Source: Eledone cirrhosa
Lineage: Eukaryota
Reading direction: 5' to 3'
DNA length: 64,000 bases
NCBI GenBank assembly: GCA_964016885.1
Contig: OZ024741.1
Location: forward strand, 261,144,001-261,208,000
This document shows positions 1 to 11,286 of this stretch, in pieces. Position numbers and translations under genes: made by a program. Every line of letters begins with the position of its first letter. The first letter of the stretch is position 1. Under the pieces are notes generated by a model. That model searched no databases. It was not told the DNA's origin and was given only the letters and a program-made list of their open reading frames with translations.

Positions 1-2300
1 TGTTCTGACTTACGTGTGTTCCGACTTACGAGTGTTTCGGTTATGGGTGTTTCGACTTACGAGTGTTTCGACTTACGAATGTTTTGACTTACGAGTGTTT
101 CGGCTTACGAATGTTTCGACTTACGAATGTTTTGGCTTACGAGTGTTTCGGCTTACGGGTGTTTCGACTTACGAGTGTTTTGACTTACGAGTGTTTTGAC
201 TTACGGTGTTTCGGCTTACGATTTATTCAACATACGAGTGTTTCGACTTACGGGTGTTTCGACTTACGGGTGTTTCGACTTACGAGTGTTTCGACTTATG
301 AGTGTTTCGACTTACGAGTGTTCTGACTTACGAGTGTTCTGACTTACGAGTGTTCCGACTTACGAGTGTTTCGGTTTACGAGTGATTCGACATACGAGTG
401 TTTTGACTTACGGGTGTTTCGACTTACGGGTGTTTCGACTTACGAATGTTTCGGCTTACGAGTGTTTCGACTTACTAATGTTTTTACTTACGAGTGTTTC
501 GGTGTACGAGTGTTTCGACTTAAGGATGTTTCGACTTACGAGTGTTTCGACTTACGTGTGTTTCGGCTTACGTGAGTTTCGACTTAAGAGTGTTCTGATT
601 TACGAGTGTTCTGACTTGCGGGTGTTCTGATTTACGAGTGTTCCGACTTACGAGTGTTTCGGCTTATGAGTGTTTCGACTTACGAGTGTTTCGGCTTACG
701 AGTGTTTCGACTTATGGGTGTTTCGACTTACGAGTGTTTTTACTTATGGTGTTTCGGCTTACGAGTGTTTCGACATACGAGTGTTCAGACTTACGAGTGT
801 TCCGACTTACGAGTGTTTCGACTTACGAGTGTTACGAGTGTTCTGACTTATGAGTGTTCTGACTTACGAGTGTTCTGACTTACGAGTGTTCTGACTTACG
901 AGTGTTCCGACTTACGAGTGTTTCGGCTTACGAGTGTTTCGACTTACGAGTGTTCTGACTTACGAGTGTTCTGACTTACGAGTGTTCTGACTTACGAGTG
1001 TTCTGACTTACGAGTGTTCCGACTTACGAGTGTTTCGGCTTACGAGTGTTTCGACTTACGAGTGTTCTGACTTACGAGTGTTCCGACTTACGAGCGTTCC
1101 GACTTACGAGTGTTTCTGCTTACGAGTGTTTCGACTTACGAGTGTTAAGACTTACGGGTGTTTTGACATACGAGTGTTTCGATACGAGTGTTTCGACTTA
1201 CGAGTGTTCTGACTTACGAGTGTTTCGACTTACGATTGTTTTTTTCACTTACGGGTGTTTCGACTTACGCGTGTTTCGATTTACGAGTGTTTAGACTTAC
1301 GAGTGTTTCGGCTTACGATTATTTCGACTTACGAGTGTTTCGGTTTACGAGTGTTTCGACTTACGGGTGTTTTGGCTTACGATTGTTTGGGCTTACGAAT
1401 GTTTCGACTTACGAGTGTTTTGACTTATGGTGTTTCGGCTTACGAGTGTTTTGACTTACGAGTGTTTTGACTTACGGGTGTTTTGACATACGAGTGTTTC
1501 GATACGAGTGTTCTGACTTACGAGTGTTCTGACTTACGAGTGGTCTGACTTACGGGTGTTCTGACTTACGAGTGTTCCGACTTACGAGTGTTTCAGCTTA
1601 TGAGTGTTTCGACTTACGAGTGCTTCGGATTACGAGTGTTTCGACTTACGAGTGTTTCGGCTTACGAGTGTTTCGACTTACGAATGTTTTGGCTTACGAG
1701 TGTTTCGGCTTACGAGTGTTTCGGCTTATGAGTGTTTCGACTTACGAGTGTTTTGACTTATGGTGTTTCGGCTTACGAGTGTTTCGACATACGAGTGTTT
1801 TGACTTACGGGTGTTTCGACTTACGGGTGTTTCGACGTAAGAGTGTTTCGACTTACGAGCGCTTCGACTTACGAGTGTTTCGACTTACGAGTGTTTCGGC
1901 GTACGAGTGTTTTGACTTACGAGTGTTTCGACTTACGAGTGCTTTGACTTACGAATGTTTTGAATTACTTCGACTTACGAGTGATCTGACTTACGAGTGT
2001 TCCTACTTACGAGTGTTCTGACTTACGAGTGTTCTGACTTACGAGTGTTCTGACTTACGAGTGTTCCGACTTACGAGTGTTTCGACTTACGAGTGTTTTG
2101 ACTTACGAATGTTCTGACTTACGGGTGTTTCGTCTTACGAGTGTTTCGACTTACGAGTGTTTTAACTTACGGGTGTTTCGACTTACGCGTGTTTCGACTT
2201 ACGAGTGTTTCGACTTACGAGTGTTTCGACTTACGAATGTTCCGACTTACGAGTGTTTCTACTTACGAGTGTTTCGGCTTACGAGTGTTTCGACTTACGA

Positions 2301-2369
2301 AAATAACAAATAGACGCGGTTTCAAATATCTATGCTTTTCAAATTCATTACATTAATCTTTATTTATAC
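2301..2369. repeat. 69-bp AT-rich island, copy 1 (A allele)
   Basis: AAATAACAAATAGACGCGGTTTCAAATATCTATGCTTTTCAAATTCATTACATTAATCTTTATTTATAC. Confidence 0.95.
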
Positions 2370-3289
2370 GTTTCGCTTTACGAGTGTTTCGACGTACGAG
2401 TGTTTCGACTTACGAGTGTTTTAACTTACGGTTGTTTCGACTTACGCGTTTTTAGACTACGAATGTTCCGACTTACGAGTGTTTCGATTTACGAGTGTTT
2501 CGACTTACGAGTGCTTTGACTTTCGAATGTTTTGACTTACTTCGACTTACGAGTGATCTGACTTACGAGTGTTCCTACTTACGAGTGTTTCGACTTACGA
2601 GTGTTTCGACTTGCGAGTGTTTCGACTTACGAGTGTTTCGGCTTACGAGTGTTTCGGTGTTTCGGCTTACCTGTGTTTCGACTTACGAGTGTTTCGACTT
2701 ACGAGTGTTTCGGCTTATGAGTGTTTCGACTTACGAGTGCTTCGGCTTACGAGTGTTTCGACTTACGAGTATTTCGGCTTACGAGTGTTTCCACGTACGA
2801 ATGTTTTGGCTTACGAGTGTTTCGGCTTATGAGTGTTTCGACTTACGAGTGTTTCGACTTACGAGTGTTTCGGCTTACGAGTGTTTCGACTTACGAGTGT
2901 TTCGGCTTACGAGTGTTTTAGTGTTTCGGCTTACGTGTGTTTCGACTTACGAGTGTTTCGACTTACGACTGTTTCGGCTTACGAGTGTTTCGGCTTACGA
3001 GTGTTTCGGCTTACGAGTGTTTCGGCTTATATATAAACGTTTCTATTTCCAACGTTTTATCGTAAACGTTTATATATTTCCATCGTTATATCATAACGTT
3101 TATATTTCCGTCACTAATCTCTTTTTCTCCTTTTCCGTTTTAATATATATTTATTTCAAAGATTTCACCGTATAGATAACATATATATTTATACATGCAT
3201 AAAAGACACACCGAGAGACGGTGAAAATGTGGTGCCAAAAACATTTCTCATCCAAATCTCAACAATATCAGTATATACACTAGATTTGC

Positions 3290-3325
3290 TAGCAGAAAAC
3301 CGCCCACCGGGTGGTTTTCTGCTAT
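3290..3325 (+). other. Hairpin TAGCAGAAAACCGCCC-ACC-GGGTGGTTTTCTGCTA; candidate Helitron 3' terminus (CTAT, possibly a mutated CTAG)
   Basis: Arms are 3290-3305 and 3309-3324, with 15 Watson-Crick pairs, one G:T pair and a 3-nt loop. The hairpin is seen directly; its terminus role is inferred. Confidence 0.7.
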
Positions 3326-3447
3326 TCTATATATATAAAACTGAGGATGTCTGTCTGTGTGTGAGTTTGAATCCCTAAAACTCGAGAACCACCCAACCGA
3401 CTGTTTTCAAACTTTACACATGTAATAATTATGTTTCAGGGAGTGTT
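3326..3447 (+). mobile_element. Non-autonomous Helitron-like 5' end (TCTATATATATAAAACTGAGGATGTCTGTCTGTGTGTG...CTCGAGAACCACCCAACCGA...TTTCAAACTTTACACATG)
   Basis: A TC start, TATA-rich leader, GTCT-type microsatellite and 'aaccga...ttcaaa' core match the layout I recall for invertebrate non-autonomous Helitron/Helentron elements. This was not checked against a database. Confidence 0.7.
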
Positions 3448-3466
3448 CTGAGCAAAGAATATTTCA

Positions 3467-3626
3467 AATTTTCAATGCCGTAGGGACCACATTAGGCGAT
3501 TTAGCGATCTCTCTCTATAATTCTTAGTCTTTCTCTTTTTAGATAGAATTTTCAATGTCGTAGGGACCACATTAGGCGATTTAGCGATCTCTCTCTATAA
3601 TTCTTAGTCTTTCTCTTTTTAGATAG
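3467..3626 (+). repeat. Two tandem 80-bp direct repeats inside the island
   Basis: 3467-3546 and 3547-3626 differ at one position (C3478/T3558). Confidence 0.95.
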
Positions 3627-3697
3627 ATACATACATATGACGTCGTGCCCTTATAATATCTGTCTGTATGTCTGGCTGTCTGCATTACGTCACTTCC

Positions 3698-3812
3698 CTG
3701 AGGATGTCTGTGTGTGTGTGTGTCTGTGAGTTTGAATCCCTAAAATGCGAGAAGTACCCAACCGATTTTTTTCAAACTTTACATGTGTATTACATATGTT
3801 TCAGGGAGTGTT
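3698..3812 (+). repeat. Diverged second copy of the Helitron-like 5' core (paralog of 3341-3447), lacking the TC/TATA leader
   Basis: Both copies share CTGAGGATGTCTGT...GTGAGTTTGAATCCCTAAAA..CGAGAA..ACCCAACCGA...TTTTCAAACTTTACA...TATGTTTCAGGGAGTGTT. This copy has a longer GT tract and several substitutions. Confidence 0.9.
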
Positions 3813-4799
3813 TGTTATGCACATAAAATTCAACCTTTTGATCTGGTGTTTTGACTTACGAGTGTTTCGATACGAGTGTTTCGACTTACGAGTGTTCTGA
3901 CTTACGAGTGTTCTGACTTACGAGCGTTCTGACTTACGAGTGTTCCGACTTACGTGTGTTTCGGCTTACGAGTGTTTCGACTTACGAGTGTTCTGACTTA
4001 CGAGTGTTTCGATTTACGAGCGTTCCGACTTACGAGTGTTTCGGCTTACGAGTGTTCCGACTTACGAGTGTTTCGACTTACGAGTGTTTCGGCTTACGAG
4101 TGTTTCGACTTACGAGTGTTCTGACTTACGCGTGTTCCGACTTACGAGCGTTCCGACTTACGAGTGTTTCAACTTACGAGTGTTAAGACTTACGGGTGTT
4201 TTGACATACGAGTGTTTCGATGCGAGTGTTTCGACTTACGAGTGTTACGAGTGTTCTGACTTACGAGTGTTTCGACTTACGAGTGTTTTGACTTACGGGT
4301 GTTTCGACTTACGAGTGTTTCGACTTACGAGTGTTTCGAGTTACGAGTGTTTCGACTTACGAGTGTTTTGACTTACGGGTGTTTCGAGTTACGAGTGTTT
4401 CGACTTACGAGTGTTTTAACTTACGGGTGTTTCGACTTACACGTGTTTCGACTTGCGAGTGTTTCGACTTACGAGTATTTCGACTTACGAGTGTTTCGAC
4501 TTACGAGTGTTCTGACTTACGGGTGTTCCGACTTACGAGTGTTTCGGCTTACGAGTGTTTCGACTTACGAGTGTTCTGACTTACGAGTGTTCCGACTTAC
4601 GAGCGTTCTGACTTACGAGTGTTTCGACTTATGAGTGTTTTGACTTACGGGTGTTTCGACTTACGAGTGTTTCGAGTTACGAGTGTTTCGACTTACGAGT
4701 GTTTTGACTTACGGGTGTTTCGACTTACGAGTGTTTCGACTTACGAGTGTTTTAACTTACGGGTGTTTCGACTTACACGTGTTTCGACTTAAGAGTGTT

Positions 4800-7700
4800 T
4801 CGACTTACGAGTGTTTCGACTTACGAGTGTTCTGACTTACGGGTGTTCCGACTTACGAGTGTTTCGGCTTACGATTATTTTGACTTACGATTGTTTGGCT
4901 TACGAATGTTTCGACTTACGAGTGTTTCGACTTACGAGTGTTTTGACTTACGGGTGTTTTGACATACGAGTGTTTCGATACGAGTGTTCTGACTTACGAG
5001 TGTTCTGACTTACGAGTGTTCTGACTTACGGGTGTTCTGACTTACGAGTGTTTCGGCTTATGAGGGTTTCGACCTACGAGTGCTTCGGCTTACGAGTGTT
5101 TCGACTTATGAGTGTTTCGGCTTACGAGTGTTTCGACTTACGAGTGTTTCGACTTACGAGTGTTTTGACTTACGGTGTTTCGGCTTACGAGTGTTTCGAC
5201 ATACGAGTGTTTTGACGTACGGGTGTTTCGACTTACGGGTGTTTCGACTTAACAGTGTTTCGACTTACGAGCGCTTCGACTTACGAGTGTTTCGACATAC
5301 GAGTGTTTCGGCGTATGAGTGTTTTGACTTACGAGTGTTTCGACTTACGAGTGTTTCGACTTACGAGTGTTTCGACTTACGAGTGTTTCGACTTACGAGT
5401 ATTTCGACTTACGAGTGTTTTGACTTACGAGTGTTTTGACACGGTGTTTCTGCTTACGAGTGTTTCGACTTACGAGTGTTATGACTTACGTGTGTTTTGA
5501 CATACGAGTGTTTCGATACGAGTGTTTCGACTTACGAGTGTTACGAGTGTTCTGACTTACGAGTGTTTCGACTTACGAGTGTTCTGACCTACGAGTGTTC
5601 TGACTTACGAGTGTTTCGACTTACGAGTGTTTTGACTTACGGGTGTTTCGACTTACGAGTGTTTCGAGTTACGAGTGTTTCGAGTTACGAGTGTTTCGAC
5701 TTACGAGTGTTTTTACTTACGAATGTTCTGAATTACGGGTGTTTCGGCTTACGAGTGTTTCGACTTACGAGTGTTTTAACTTACGGGTGTTTCTACTTAC
5801 GCGTGTTTCGACTTGCAAGTGTTTCGACTTACGAGTGTTTCGACTTGCAAGTGTTTCGACTTACGAGTGTTTCGACTACGAATGTTCCGACTTACGAGTG
5901 TTTCGACTTACGAGTGTTTCGACTTACGAGTGTTCTGACTTACGGGTGTTCCGACTTACGAGTGTTTCGGCTTACGATTGTTTTGACTTACGATTGTTTT
6001 GGCTTACGAATGTTTCGACTTACGAGTGTTTCGACTTACGAGTCTTTTGACTTACGATTGTTTTGACTTACGGGTGTTTTGACATAAGAGTGTTTCGATA
6101 CGAGTGTTCTGACTTACGAGTGTTCTGACTTACGAGTGTTCTGACTTACGAGTGTTCTGACTTACGGGTGTTCTGACTTACGAGTGTTCCGACTTACGAG
6201 TGTTTCGGCTTACAAGTGTTTCGACCTACGAGTGTTTCGGCTTACGAGTGTTTTGACTTACGAATGTTTTGGCTTACGAGTGTTTCGGCTTACGAGTGTT
6301 TCGAATTACGAGTGTTTCGACTTACGAGTGTTTTGACTTACGGTGTTTCGGCTTACGAGTGTTCTGACTTACGGGTGTTCCGACTTACGAGTGTTTCGGC
6401 TTACGATTATTTTGAGTTACGATTGTTTGGCTTACGAATGTTTCGACTTACGAGTGTTTCGACTTACGAGTGTTTTGACTTACGGGTGTTTTGACATACG
6501 AGTGTTTCGATACGAGTGTTCTGACTTACGAGTGTTCTGACTTACGAGTGTTCTGACTTACGGGTGTTCTGACTTACGAGTGTTTCGCCTTATGAGGGTT
6601 TCGACTTACGAGTGCTTCGGCTTACGAGTGTTTCGACTTACGAGTGTTTCGGCTTACGAGTGTTTCGACTTACGAATGTTTTAGCTTACGAGTGTTTCGG
6701 CTTACGAGTGTTTCGACTTACGAGTGTTTCGACTTACGAGTGTTTTGACTTACGGTGTTTCGGCTTACGAGTGTTTCGACATACGAGTGTTTTGACGTAC
6801 GGGTGTTTCGACTTACGGGTGTTTCGACTTAAGAGTGTTTCGACTTACGAGCGCTTCGACTTACGAGTGTTTCGACTTACGAGTGTTTCGGCGTATGAGT
6901 GTTTTGACTTACGAGTGTTTCGACTTACGAGTGTTTCGACTTACGAGTGTTTCGACTTACGAGTGTTTCGACTTACGAGTGTTTTGACTTACGAGTGTTT
7001 TGACTAACGGTGTTTCTGCTTACGAGTGTTTCGACTTACGAGTGTTATGACTTACGTGTGTTTTGACATACGAGTGTTTCGATACGAGTGTTTCGACTTA
7101 CGAGTGTTACGAGTGTTCTGACTTACGAGTGTTTCGACTTACGAGTGTTCTGACCTACGAGTGTTCTGACTTACGAGTGTTTCGACTTACGAGTGTTTTG
7201 ACTTACGGGTGTTTCGACTTACGAGTGTTTCGAGTTACGAGTGTTTCGAGTTACGAGTGTTTCGACTTACGAGTGTTTTTACTTACGAATGTTCTGAATT
7301 ACAGGTGTTTCGGCTTACGAGTGTTTCGACTTACGAGTGTTTTAACTTACGGGTGTTTCTACTTACGCGTGTTTCGACTTGCAAGTGTTTCGACTTACGA
7401 GTGTTTCGACTTGCAAGTGTTTCGACTTACGAGTGTTTCGACTACGAATGTTCCGACTTACGAGTGTTTCGACTTACGAGTGTTCTGACTTACGGGTGTT
7501 CCGACTTACGAGTGTTTCGGCTTACGATTGTTTTGACTTACGATTGTTTTGGCTTACGAATGTTTCGACTTACGAGTGTTTCGACTTACGAGTGTTTTGA
7601 CTTACGATTGTTTGGACTTACGGGTGTTTTGACATAAGAGTGTTTCGATACGAGTGTTCTGACTTACGAGTGTTCTGACTTACGAGTGTTCTGACTTACG

Positions 7701-7910
7701 AGTGTTCTGACTTACGGGTGTTCTGACTTACGAGTGTTTCGGCTTATGAGGGTTTCGACTTACGAGTGCTTCGGCTTACAAGTGTTTCGACCTACGAGTG
7801 TTTCGGCTTACGAGTGTTTTGACTTACGAATGTTTTGGCTTACGAGTGTTTCGGCTTACGAGTGTTTCGAATTACGAGTGTTTCGACTTACGAGTGTTTT
7901 GACTTACGGT
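4800..7910 (+). repeat. ~1.55-kb tandem duplication within the satellite (boundaries approximate)
   Basis: Offsets of 1,532 (4811/6343) and 1,566 (5497/7063); shared GACTTGCAAG variants. Confidence 0.8.
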
Positions 7911-8052
7911 GTTTCGGCTTACGAGTGTTTCGACTTACGAGTGTTTTAACTTACGGGTGTTTCGACTTACGCGTGTTTCGACTTACGAATGTTCCGACTT
8001 ACGAGTGTTTCGACTTACGAGTGTTTCGGCTTACGAGTGTTTCGATTTACGA

Positions 8053-8121
8053 AAATAACAAGTAGACGCGGTTTCAAATATCTATGCTTTTCAAATTCAT
8101 TACATTAATCTTTATTTATAC
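8053..8121. repeat. 69-bp AT-rich island, copy 2 (G allele, GATTTACG flank)
   Basis: Same sequence, reading AACAAGTAGAC. Confidence 0.95.
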
Positions 8122-11100
8122 GTTTCGCTTTACGAGTGTTTCGGCGTACGAGTGTTTCGACTTACGAGTATTCTGACTTACGAGTGTTCCGACTTACGCG
8201 CGTTCCGACTTACGAGTGTTTCGGCTTACGAGTGTTCCGACTTACGAGTGTTTCGACTTACGAGTGTTTTGACTTACGGTGTTTCGGCTTACGAGTGTTT
8301 TGACTTACGAGTGTTTTGACTTACGGGTGTTTTGACATACGAGTGTTTCGATACGAGTGTTCTGACTTACGGGTGTTCTGACTTACGAGTGTTCTGACTT
8401 ACGAGTGGTCTGACTTACGGGTGTTCTTACTTACGAGTGTTCCGACTTACGAGTGTTTCAGCTTATGAGTGTTTCGACTTACGAGTGTTTCGGCATACGA
8501 GTGTTTCGACTCACGAATGTTTTGGCTTACGAGTGTTCTGACTTACGAGTGTTCCGACTTACGACTGTTTCGACTTACGAGCGTTTCGACTTACGAGTAT
8601 TCTGACTTACGAGTGTTTCGACTTACGAGTGTTTTGAATTACGATTGTTTCGGCTTACGAGTGTTACGACTTACGAGTATTTCGACTTACGAGTTTTTTT
8701 ACTTACGGTGTTTCGGCTTACGAGTGTTTCGACTTACGAGTGTTTTGACTTACGGGTGTTTTGACATACGAGTGTTTCGATACGAGTGCTCTGACTTACG
8801 AGTGTTCTGACTTACGAGTGTTCTGACTTACGAGTGTTCTGACTTACGGGTGTTCTGACTTACGTGTTCCGACTTACGAGTGTTTAGGCTTACGGGTGTT
8901 TCGACTTACGAGTGTTTCGACTTACGAGTGTTTTGACTTACGGTGTTTCGGCTTACGATTTATTCGACATACGAGTGTTTCGACTTACGGGTGTTTCGAC
9001 TTACGGGTGTTTCGACTTACGGGTGTTTCGACTTACGAGTGTTTCGACTTATGAGTGTTTCGACTTACGAGTGTTCTGACTTACGAGTGTTCTGACTTAC
9101 GAGTGTTCCGACTTACGAGTGTTTCGGTTTACGAGTGTTTCGACATACGAGTGTTTTGACTTACGGGTGTTTCGACTTACGGGTGTTTCGACTTACGAGT
9201 GTTTCGGCTTACGAGTGTTTCGACTTACTAATGTTTTTACTTACAAGTGTTTCGGTGTACGAGTGTTTCGACTTAAGGATGTTTCGACTTGCGAGTGTTT
9301 CGCCTTACGTGTGTTTCGGCTTACGTGAGTTTCGACTTAAGAGTGTTCTGATTTACGAGTGTTCTGACTTGCGGGTGTTCTGATTTACGAGTGTTCCGAC
9401 TTACGAGTGTTTCGGCTTATGAGTGTTTCGACTTACGAGTGTTTCGGCTTACGAGTGTTTCGACTTATGGGTGTTTCGACTTACGAGTGTTTTTACTTAC
9501 GGTGTTTCGGCTTACGAGTGTTTCGACATACGAGTGTTCAGACTTACGAGTGTTCCGACTTACGAGCGTTCCGACTTACAAGTGTTTCGATTACGAGTGT
9601 TAAGACTTACGGGTGTTTTGACATACGAGTGTTTCGATACGTGTGTTTCGACTTACGAGTGTTACGAGTGTTCTGACTTACGAGTGTTCTGACTTCCGAG
9701 TGTTCTGACTTACGAGTGTTCTGACTTACGAGTGTTCTGACTTACGAGCGTTCTGACTTACGAGTGTTACGACTTACGAGTGTTTCGGCTTATGAGTGTT
9801 TCGACTTACGAGTGTTCTGACTTACGAGTGTTCCGACTTACGAGCGTTCCGACTTACGAGTGTTTTGACTTACGGTGTTTCTGCTTACGAGTGTTTCGAC
9901 TTACGAGTGTTAAGACTTACGGGTGTTTTGACATACGAGTGTTTCGATACGAGTGTTTCGACTTACGAGTGTTACGAGCGTTCTGACTTACGAGTGTTTC
10001 GACTTACGATTGTTTTTTTCACTTACGGGTGTTTCGACTTACGCGTGTTTCGATTTACGAGTGTTTAGACTTACGAGTGTTTCGACTACGAATGTTCCGA
10101 CTTACGAGTGTTTCGACTTACGAGTGTTTCGACTTACGGGTGTTCCGACTTACGAGTGTTTCGGCTTACGATTGTTTCGATTTACGAGTGTTTCGGTTTA
10201 CGAGTGTTTCGACTTACGGGTGTTTTGACTTACGATTGTTTGGGCTTACGAATGTTTCGACTTACGAGTGTTTCGACTTACGAGTGTTTTGACTTACGGT
10301 GTTTCGGCTTACGAGTGTTTTGACTTACGAGTGTTTTGACTTACGGGTGTTTTGACATACGAGTGTTTCGATACGAGTGTTCTGACTTACGAGTGTTCTG
10401 ACTTACGAGTGTTCTGACTTACGAGTGTTCTGACTTACGAGTGGTCTGACTTACGGGTGTTCTGACTTACGAGTGTTCCGACTTACGAGTGTTTCAGCTT
10501 ATGAGTGTTTCGACTTACGAGTGCTTCGGTTTCCGAGTGTTTCGACTTACGAATGTTTCGGCTTACGAGTGTTTCGACTTACGAATATTTTGGCTTACGA
10601 GTGTTTCGGCTTACGAGTGTTTCGGCTTATGAGTGTTTCGACTTACGAGTGTTTTGACTTATGGTGTTTCGGCTTACGAGTGTTTCGACATACGAGTGTT
10701 TTGACTTACGGGGGTTTCGACTTACGGGTGTTTCGACGTAAGAGTGTTTCGACTTACGAGCGCTTCGACTTACGAGTGTTTCGACTTACGAGTGTTTCGG
10801 CGTACGAGTGTTTTAACTTACGAGTGTTTCGACTTACGAGTGCTTTGACTTACGAATGTTTTGAATTACTTCGACTTACGAGTGATCTGACTTACGAGTG
10901 TTCCTACTTACGAGTGTTTCGACTTACGAGTGTTTCGACTTACGAGTGTTCTGACTTACGAGTGTTTTGACTTACGAGTGTTCCGACTTACGAGTGTTTC
11001 GACTTACGAGTGTTTTGACTTACGAATGTTCTGACTTACGGGTGTTTCGCCTTACGAGTGTTTCGACTTACGAGTGTTTTAACTTACGGGTGTTTCGACT

Positions 11101-11217
11101 TACGCGTGTTTCGACTTACAAGTGTTTCGACTTACGAGTGTTTCGACTTACGAATGTTCCGACTTACGAGTGTTTCTACTTACGAGTGTTTCGGCTTACG
11201 AGTGTTTCGACTTACGA

Positions 11218-11286
11218 AAATAACAAGTAGACGCGGTTTCAAATATCTATGCTTTTCAAATTCATTACATTAATCTTTATTTATAC
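11218..11286. repeat. 69-bp AT-rich island, copy 3 (G allele)
   Basis: Same sequence. Confidence 0.95.

Larger units (their letters stand above)
3030..3844. mobile_element. 815-bp non-satellite island, copy 1; Helitron-like termini, non-autonomous, no coding capacity
   Basis: The satellite stops at ...GGCTTA (3029) and resumes at GGTGTTTTGAC (3845). The island contains a hairpin (3290-3324), a TC start (3326), a GTCT/GT microsatellite and internal duplications. Confidence 0.75.

Noticed and set aside
243-254. CENP-B-box-like word TTCGACTTACGGG
   Set aside because: The canonical box is TTCG-N4-A-N2-CGGG; this word lacks the two bases between A and CGGG, so the spacing is wrong. Centromeric function cannot be inferred from the sequence.
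2296-2370. TACG target-site duplication around the 69-bp island (MITE-like insertion)
   Set aside because: There are no terminal inverted repeats, and removing the insert does not restore an intact monomer, so this is not a clean TSD.
2495-3175. 226-aa ORF (and its copy at 22150-22830) with a hydrophobic C-terminus
   Set aside because: It is a satellite frame running into T-rich island sequence; the hydrophobic tail is a compositional artefact.
3290-3324. Rho-independent terminator or tRNA/ncRNA hairpin
   Set aside because: There is no upstream gene, U-tract or cloverleaf; the context fits a transposon terminus better.
3328-3340. TATA-box promoter (TATATATATAAAA)
   Set aside because: It is part of the Helitron-like 5' leader, and there is no downstream gene or other promoter evidence.
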